Below are positions 59,101 through 64,000 of a stretch of 64,000 nt of DNA, piece by piece. Origin of the DNA: Microgenomates group bacterium Gr01-1014_7 (GTDB lineage: Bacteria > Patescibacteriota > Microgenomatia > Daviesbacterales > UBA10151). The notes beneath the pieces are model-generated. The model was given only the letters and a program-made list of their open reading frames with translations, searched no databases and was not told where the DNA came from. Each line of letters starts with the position of its first letter. The first letter of the stretch is position 1. Location of the stretch: contig VMGD01000005.1 of NCBI GenBank assembly GCA_007376405.1, positions 2,372-66,371 on the forward strand. Reading direction: 5' to 3'. Both the position numbers and the translations under genes were made by a program.

Positions 59101-59583
59101 TTTTCTCCAAAAGAGTAAAAGTAATGGCAAAGAAGCTACAAAGAAAAATGTGGTGTGGGTGAATCTATGCCAGACCAAAACCATCATATAGGGATTGACC
59201 ATATAAAAAAGGCCTGCAAGTATTGCCATCCCCCTATTTTCATTCTTCATAATATTTTTAGCCAGCAAATACATTCCAAAACCCATTAGAAATAGCAAAA
59301 TACCAAAGATTACTGCTTGGATCATAAAAGCAGGAAGACCCAAGTTTTGAAGAAATGCAAAAAAAACATAAGCAGGCAGAGCAGTCAAATTTTGAGGTCT
59401 AGGAAAACCCGGCGCGGTTTCAGTCCACCATGGCTGCGATGCCATCTGAAGTACTCTTTGGGGATTATGTGTCGGTAAACCTACATCTCCTCCGCCATAC
59501 ATCAACCCATAATGAAACCATGAAAACATCACGACTAGAGTGATAAACAGGTAAAGAGAACCAGCTAGTATATTTCTCTTCAT
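56089..59583 (-). CDS. Large membrane protein, YfhO/AftD-like (1164 aa), paralog of 52382-55795
   Basis: Shares YGGGDVGLPT, WHRFTHT, LRNPFEK, ILHLPL, FNVRFIVLH, YGNGW. Confidence 0.75.
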   Translation of the reverse strand: MKRNILAGSLYLFITLVVMFSWFHYGLMYGGGDVGLPTHNPQRVLQMASQPWWTETAPGFPRPQNLTALPAYVFFAFLQNLGLPAFMIQAVIFGILLFLMGFGMYLLAKNIMKNENRGMAILAGLFYMVNPYMMVLVWHRFTHTTFFFVASLPLLLLFWRKWMREKEFTSLIIFIAVNLIFSYMFGTLAYAITLWFLLGMYTLFEIFIPWIGWKKASQISASFSLGLILWVLTNTWWILPAFFILPTLASAQHAVGDTLSTLFAIGEQSIIPYSLPGLNSFYLFQRQELGEVFKHPLFLFIPWIGVSFTIIGIYYTKKSRELIFWSILFILAVFLAKGVAPPLGYFYPYMFEKFFFLGVLRNPFEKFGLLIPFAGSVLFSVGFFNLATYFWKRNNLAGKAVLILSFGLFFGVYHWPFWTGTLFGTLEKRNFVEIPPYYQQANLWIKNQKKDGNILHLPLAITDASTYRWQYGYSGAESNAGFFTSNPSISMGFNLSYLDDALQGFDLMTSFDQIKYAEYLKELFRAFNVRFIVLHYDINWQASGVQSPEEIGKILDSLPFLKKQKEIEEVTVYEMDEKSFLSKIYTASYFNYLKLGSNYDTWFWFLRSDPTRILLSDKSDSNELTNLSGYKQTILIPTTIVKISSTQLASEENSLKELPPARFLPDLPLYPMIILKEFIQASGYQKTKENIHLTFAGKRLVEIYRMQDKDPNKSVSPIIQRYIQHLNKAVDKIFKDGLISVEAPTEFKILFSRHEVVLRQIYQRAKDQDKAVLSQAIETLRMRMIDMKMQPIYELISERELARYNRQVHRFFIPVDGEYEILMADSKVSPIYQKNLSQLDLQVDKTVQSRTGQIKDDLISYGTIPLNEGLHEISFNMQNSVNLIKDKQGEIRIVSGQHNPNSYEIKVEPFHPNSTYLLSFEYWTQKGSDPIVRILQDSDPDDYLVADALIKQRSYQFIKPVEFDPYNKYWKTYNLYISPRKNSANFSFQVVSIPWDDCKSIIAEKWLCDKQEVKFNFQKTSSISIRNIRVFRILDNLLFLRSISANQTSQIVSLNYTKKAPLEYEGNIVLDKPSYMIFSETFNDNWKLTLFDGEKEYMVPKHFFANMYGNGWFIDKKGNYKFRIRFSGDKYLYLGIYISVFSLLIFTIVHLVGKYLKWSHEKSN

Positions 59584-60620
59584 TTTGCCCTCACAAAGGA
59601 CAGGAAACTTTTAAACAAAGGCGTATTTGACAGCAAGTTTAACATACTTTCTTCTCCCTTTTGATTTATATCCCCTCTTATAGTAAATCTTTTCCTAAGT
59701 AAACTGGGAAGATTCCTTAATATCCAAATTATAGCTGTGAATCTTGTAAACCCCAGACTAAATTTCCTCTTTATAAGAATTTCCCATAGGCCGGCTGCAA
59801 TATACAATAGGATTGTTATAGGTAAAGCTTTAAGCAAAAGAAAAACTGGATAATTTTTAATCATAGTTGCAAGTCTATTCTTGTTAAAATGCCATCTCAC
59901 CTTAACTCTGACTATGTTAGACAAATCTGTTTTTCCCCTCTTGTGATAAATTACTGCATCTGGCTGATATAAAACCTTTAAACCTTTTAGTCTTATCCTT
60001 AAAGCAAAATCCATATCTTCATACCCAATACCGAAATCTGGATCAAAGTCTCCCACAATATTTACAACACTTCGGCGTATGGCTGATGCAGATCCGCTAG
60101 CAGAAAGAATCTTTGTTTGTCGGTCATACTGACCCAAATCTTTCTCCCCTGCCCCAATTGTTATTGGATTACCATATATATCCATGGTTTCTCCAGCGCT
60201 ATCTATCATTTTATGATCATAAAAATATAATAATTTTCCTTGTATCAAAGCTGCTTTTGGCTCCTTTTGAAAAAGATTAATAATCTTTTGTAAATATCCG
60301 GACTTAAATTCAATATCATTATTAAAAAAAGCTATATATTCTCCAGTGGCATTTTCCAAACCAAGATTAAGACCCTGGCTGTACATATTGATAGGATTGC
60401 GAATTATTTTAAGCCTTCGATTCTTACCAAACTTTCGCTTTATAATTTGTACACTTCTGTCCATCGAAGCGTTATCCACCAAAAAAACCTCATAATTTGG
60501 GTAGTCACAATTTAAAACTGAAGTTAATGAGTCAATCACCAAATTAAGCTGCAAACCATTGTAGTTAGAGATAATGATAGACACTTTAGGCCACTTCCCA
60601 ACCCATAAACTTTTTCTCAT
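59580..60620 (-). CDS. Glycosyltransferase family 2
   Basis: VDNASMD, FFNND, YEDMDFALR. Confidence 0.92.
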   Translation of the reverse strand: MRKSLWVGKWPKVSIIISNYNGLQLNLVIDSLTSVLNCDYPNYEVFLVDNASMDRSVQIIKRKFGKNRRLKIIRNPINMYSQGLNLGLENATGEYIAFFNNDIEFKSGYLQKIINLFQKEPKAALIQGKLLYFYDHKMIDSAGETMDIYGNPITIGAGEKDLGQYDRQTKILSASGSASAIRRSVVNIVGDFDPDFGIGYEDMDFALRIRLKGLKVLYQPDAVIYHKRGKTDLSNIVRVKVRWHFNKNRLATMIKNYPVFLLLKALPITILLYIAAGLWEILIKRKFSLGFTRFTAIIWILRNLPSLLRKRFTIRGDINQKGEESMLNLLSNTPLFKSFLSFVRAK

Positions 60621-61276
60621 TTTATATTTTTAATACACAAAATTCCAGCTGCAATCTTGGGAATGAAGTAGACAATTGGCGACAATAAAAAGGATACTGC
60701 AAAATAGAATGAAATTAATACTCTGTTGTGATTAATACGAATTAAACCTGCTTCCGACCAAAGTGGAGAAAATCCTATCCCAAACACTTTATAACCCCTT
60801 TTCCTAAAATCTTCTTCTGACCATCCTGATTTATGAACCTGATGAGGATTGTCTCCAAGATAACCATGGGGCTGCTTCATAAATTCTCGTGGTGTACCTA
60901 TTATAACTCTTTGCCTGGCTATTGACTCTATTAAAGACAGTAACTCTTCTCCCCTCTTATAATCTAAATGCTCGATTACTTGTGAGCAGAAAACTACATC
61001 ATATTTCTTTCTTTTTATAATTTCTTGCTTGACAAATTTTACTATATCCGCTTTATAAACTTTTGTAAAAGTACTTCTTTTTGATGCAATTTTGACATTT
61101 TTTGCATATAGATCTACTCCTGTAACCTGCCATTCTTTCCCATCCGCCAAAAGTTCCATTAGATTGCCGTCACCACACCCGAGATCTAAAATAGTCTTTG
61201 GGTTACCTAAACTCTGCCTTAGTAACCACATATATGAGAATGGTATGGTAACTATTAATCTATTGATGAATTTCAT
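60617..61276 (-). CDS. Class I SAM-dependent methyltransferase
   Basis: ILDLGCGDG, QVIEHL, NPHQVHKSGW. Confidence 0.9.
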   Translation of the reverse strand: MKFINRLIVTIPFSYMWLLRQSLGNPKTILDLGCGDGNLMELLADGKEWQVTGVDLYAKNVKIASKRSTFTKVYKADIVKFVKQEIIKRKKYDVVFCSQVIEHLDYKRGEELLSLIESIARQRVIIGTPREFMKQPHGYLGDNPHQVHKSGWSEEDFRKRGYKVFGIGFSPLWSEAGLIRINHNRVLISFYFAVSFLLSPIVYFIPKIAAGILCIKNIK

Positions 61277-62453
61277 TGAAAATTTCTTCTGCTCGTTTAT
61301 CCCAAGACCAATTCTTTTTTAGCATGTCCAATCCTTCTGCACCTATCCTATCTCTCATTAATTGGTCATTTAATAAACTTATAACCACATTGGCAAATTT
61401 TTCTAAATTACCAATATCTACTTTAATCATTCCTTTAGGATAATACGATTTGTAAGAATCTAGGTCAAATCCGATGCAAGGTAATCCAAAAGCCATAGCT
61501 TCGCCAGCTGCCATACCCCCTGAATCATAAAATGAAGGGTGTAGTACAATTTTACTTTGGGAAAAAATCTTATACTTATCTCCCCCATCAAATAGATAAC
61601 CCTTAACAATAATGTTCTTTTCTAATTTTAAATTTTTAATTTTTATTTTTAGATTTTTCATTAACGGACCGTCTCCTATCATAATCAATCTGGCATCGCT
61701 CTTTTGATCTACCACATATCTCCATATATCAATGAGCTCTATAACACCTTTCTGTGGGTGAAAGCGGCCTTGAAAAACAGCATCATAAATTTTAGGCAAT
61801 TTTTTAAATTTAACTTTCCATTTTCTAATTTGTTCTAAATCTACAGCACCATAGACAATGATTACTCGTCCCATTTTATTTAGTCTTGGAAAATTTAGCC
61901 TCTCATTTTCATTATTAACTAAAACAAAATCTGCAAATTTGTTAATCAAGTTTCTAGTAGGCAATTGGATAAACCAGTAAACAAGGGCGCTTAATTTATA
62001 AGTATTATCTCTTTTCCCCTCGGTAAAACCTACCCAAGGTTTGGGAGCTGTTTGATACCATGCTGCTACCCACTTTATTTTGGGAAATCGTAACTTTAAA
62101 ATCCATGCCGGAATTGAATCCATCCAAAATTCTGATGCTGAGTAAACTATCGTTTTGGGTTGATTGTCCAAACTCACAGTCAACCCAACTCTAATTCCTT
62201 CAAGAATCCTTGCTAAGTAATTTATCAAAAAACCAAAATTTCTCCATGGTTTCATACTTGATACAAGATAGTTGACACCTGATAGACTTAACTGCTGTCT
62301 TTTACATAATTCGTATCCTTCTTGAGAAACCCAAATACTAACCTTAGCACGTTTATTCCAACGTCGGGCAAATTCTATAAAGATTCGGTCACTTCCTGAC
62401 AACCCCTGACCATAAGCAGCTAAGGCAAAGATGTGTATTTTTTTAATTCCCAT
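61260..62453 (-). CDS. Glycosyltransferase family 4
   Basis: SGSDRIF, GRFHPQKG, PSFYDSGGMAAGEAMAFGLP; start moved to ATG 62453. Confidence 0.9.
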   Translation of the reverse strand: MGIKKIHIFALAAYGQGLSGSDRIFIEFARRWNKRAKVSIWVSQEGYELCKRQQLSLSGVNYLVSSMKPWRNFGFLINYLARILEGIRVGLTVSLDNQPKTIVYSASEFWMDSIPAWILKLRFPKIKWVAAWYQTAPKPWVGFTEGKRDNTYKLSALVYWFIQLPTRNLINKFADFVLVNNENERLNFPRLNKMGRVIIVYGAVDLEQIRKWKVKFKKLPKIYDAVFQGRFHPQKGVIELIDIWRYVVDQKSDARLIMIGDGPLMKNLKIKIKNLKLEKNIIVKGYLFDGGDKYKIFSQSKIVLHPSFYDSGGMAAGEAMAFGLPCIGFDLDSYKSYYPKGMIKVDIGNLEKFANVVISLLNDQLMRDRIGAEGLDMLKKNWSWDKRAEEIFNEIHQ

Positions 62454-62558
62454 ACTTTTATATGACAAACCTCAGCTGTGAAGTATAACATTATTTTTGC
62501 CTAAATGTAATTTCTATATTGGATATAACAATTCAAAGTCCTTGACACAAAATCGTCA

Positions 62559-63038
62559 TTGGACCTTTTTGAGAAGTCTTATCCAGATTACATGAGGGAA
62601 TCCGAACTTAGGGTTAATAGAACATATAATTGGCTAATGCATAAGGCAGGAATATTGCCCAAAGATCAAAACTTTGATTGGTTTTTTGGTCCGCTAGTTT
62701 TCAAAAACGATCCAGAGATTGTCTCATACTTCTTAAAAGAATATAGCCTTAAGTCTCCAATTAGAAGTCGTGTAGGAGCTCAACCAAATCCAGAACAACA
62801 TTCTGACGGCCATTATTTTCCCATTATTGAGGCTCTTTTTAATGGAAAGAGAGTAGTTAGTGTAGAAATACCCTTTGTTTATCCTAAAACTCAAAGAGAC
62901 AACGAAATGTCACCTGAAAGATTGGCACAATTTCAACAAAGAAGAAAATTGGACGCTTCTGCGTACCGCTTGGAAGCACTCCATTTCTTAGAATACCTAA
63001 GAGGTAATCCCAATAGCAAAATTCAACAAATTAGCTGA
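62559..63038 (+). CDS. Hypothetical protein, possibly an N-terminally truncated fragment
   Basis: 159-aa ORF, TTG start without SD, protein-like composition. Confidence 0.55.
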   Translation: MDLFEKSYPDYMRESELRVNRTYNWLMHKAGILPKDQNFDWFFGPLVFKNDPEIVSYFLKEYSLKSPIRSRVGAQPNPEQHSDGHYFPIIEALFNGKRVVSVEIPFVYPKTQRDNEMSPERLAQFQQRRKLDASAYRLEALHFLEYLRGNPNSKIQQIS

Positions 63039-63082
63039 AGAAATAACTCTTTTTTGTGAGGTATAATGCTAAAGGAGTTAAT

Positions 63083-64000
63083 ATGATAAAAAAAATTAGG
63101 CCTCTTGTAATAGGAATAGGTGTTGCCGGAAGAAGACATTTGGAAGCTCAACTTAATTTAGGGATAAAAACTGGTATATACACTACCAATCCTCAAACTG
63201 CCAAATCCTTAAGAGCACAAAATAATATAATTGTTTTTGATAATTTTGAAGACGGTTTAGATTGGTCTAATCTTGTCCATGTTTGTACACCTGATGATAA
63301 ACATACCGAATTTGTGGCTAAGGCTTTAAAAAAAAGAAAAGTTGTCCTTTGTGAAAAATCTTTTACTACCAACCTTTCAGATGCTCTATATTTGCAAAAG
63401 TTAGCTCATCAATATGACGTCGTGATAATAGTAGGCCAAAATTACCGTCTTACCCCCACATTTGCAGAAACTAGAAAACGAGTTTTAGAAGGACAACTTG
63501 GTACTATTACTCAAATTGAAACAACCTACTTTCATGATAGAAATGACTACCAACGAAGATATTCGGATAGAAATTTTCTTTATATTGGAGGCTCTCATGC
63601 TCTTGATTTAGCTTGTTGGATAGCAGGAGAACAAGTAGTCAGCATTAAAGCGTCCTCAGAAAATAAATTAAATTATCAAATAATAGTCAAATTTTCTTCA
63701 GGACTTAAAGGTGATATTAAATTAGACGCAAGTTCACCCAGATCTATTAGTGGAACAGATTTAATAGTTTATGGAGAAAAGGGGAAATTAGTCAGTCATA
63801 ATAAATTAGATAAACTCCTATTTTATAAAAAAGGGGCTAAATTACCTCAATCAATACTTTTACCAAATACCAAAACTTTTACTATTCCACAGGAGGTAAA
63901 AATTGTGGATGACTATCTTTTGGGTAAAGTAACTTCTCATTGGCCCTTACCTGCAGTGGATGAGGCTGTAAATCTTATAAAAGTATTGGACGCTATAAAA
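63083..64000 (+). CDS. Gfo/Idh/MocA oxidoreductase (runs off the window end)
   Basis: MIKKIRPLVIGIGVAGRRH, VCTPDDKH, VLCEKS, GQNYR, GGSHALDL; SD AAAGGAG at 63071-63077. Confidence 0.9.
   Translation, partial: MIKKIRPLVIGIGVAGRRHLEAQLNLGIKTGIYTTNPQTAKSLRAQNNIIVFDNFEDGLDWSNLVHVCTPDDKHTEFVAKALKKRKVVLCEKSFTTNLSDALYLQKLAHQYDVVIIVGQNYRLTPTFAETRKRVLEGQLGTITQIETTYFHDRNDYQRRYSDRNFLYIGGSHALDLACWIAGEQVVSIKASSENKLNYQIIVKFSSGLKGDIKLDASSPRSISGTDLIVYGEKGKLVSHNKLDKLLFYKKGAKLPQSILLPNTKTFTIPQEVKIVDDYLLGKVTSHWPLPAVDEAVNLIKVLDAIK

Noticed and set aside
170-61322. The many short plus-strand and alternate-frame ORFs in the track (e.g. 1639-2037, 12765-13223, 21571-22002, 22872-23075, 23260-23487)
   Set aside because: Antisense or shadow frames of well-supported genes or T-box RNAs, with no recognisable motifs
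1-64000. Stop-codon reassignment (code 25), tRNA/rRNA genes, transposase or integrase genes
   Set aside because: TGA terminates many intact conserved genes (mraY, murG, glyQS); no cloverleaf, rRNA-like or transposase/integrase sequence was recognised by eye

Overview
Bacterial chromosome segment, genetic code 11 (TGA used as stop), with almost all genes on the minus strand. Gene content and style (reduced dcw cluster, type-2 IleRS, homodimeric GlyRS, DUF4012 protein, solo PaaX/Cas2-like gene, scarce Shine-Dalgarno sites) suggest Patescibacteria/CPR, probably Microgenomates; this assignment is inference. 1-20 kb holds parB (partial), rpmA, rplU, rodA, ileS and the division/cell-wall cluster mraZ-rsmH-ftsL-ftsI-[PaaX-like insert]-murE-murB*-murA-murF-mraY-ftsW-murG-ftsQ-ftsA-ftsZ. 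20-24 kb holds glyQS, an orphan ORF, two T-box RNAs and recO. 24-62.5 kb is a ~38 kb surface-glycosylation locus. Strongest observations: (1) two tandem glycine T-box elements with ultrashort Stem I, the second apparently gating translation of an unknown Cys-containing orphan rather than glyQS; (2) a PaaX/Cas2-like regulator bracketed by two copies of a 32-bp palindrome that is also a sigma70 promoter, followed by a diverged duplicate of the ftsI 3' end; (3) several families of short palindromic elements sitting in-frame inside genes, two with apparent target-site duplications; (4) a -10 box 6-7 nt before ATG at ten genes, suggesting widespread leaderless mRNAs. All analysis was by eye; no searches or folding programs were run.
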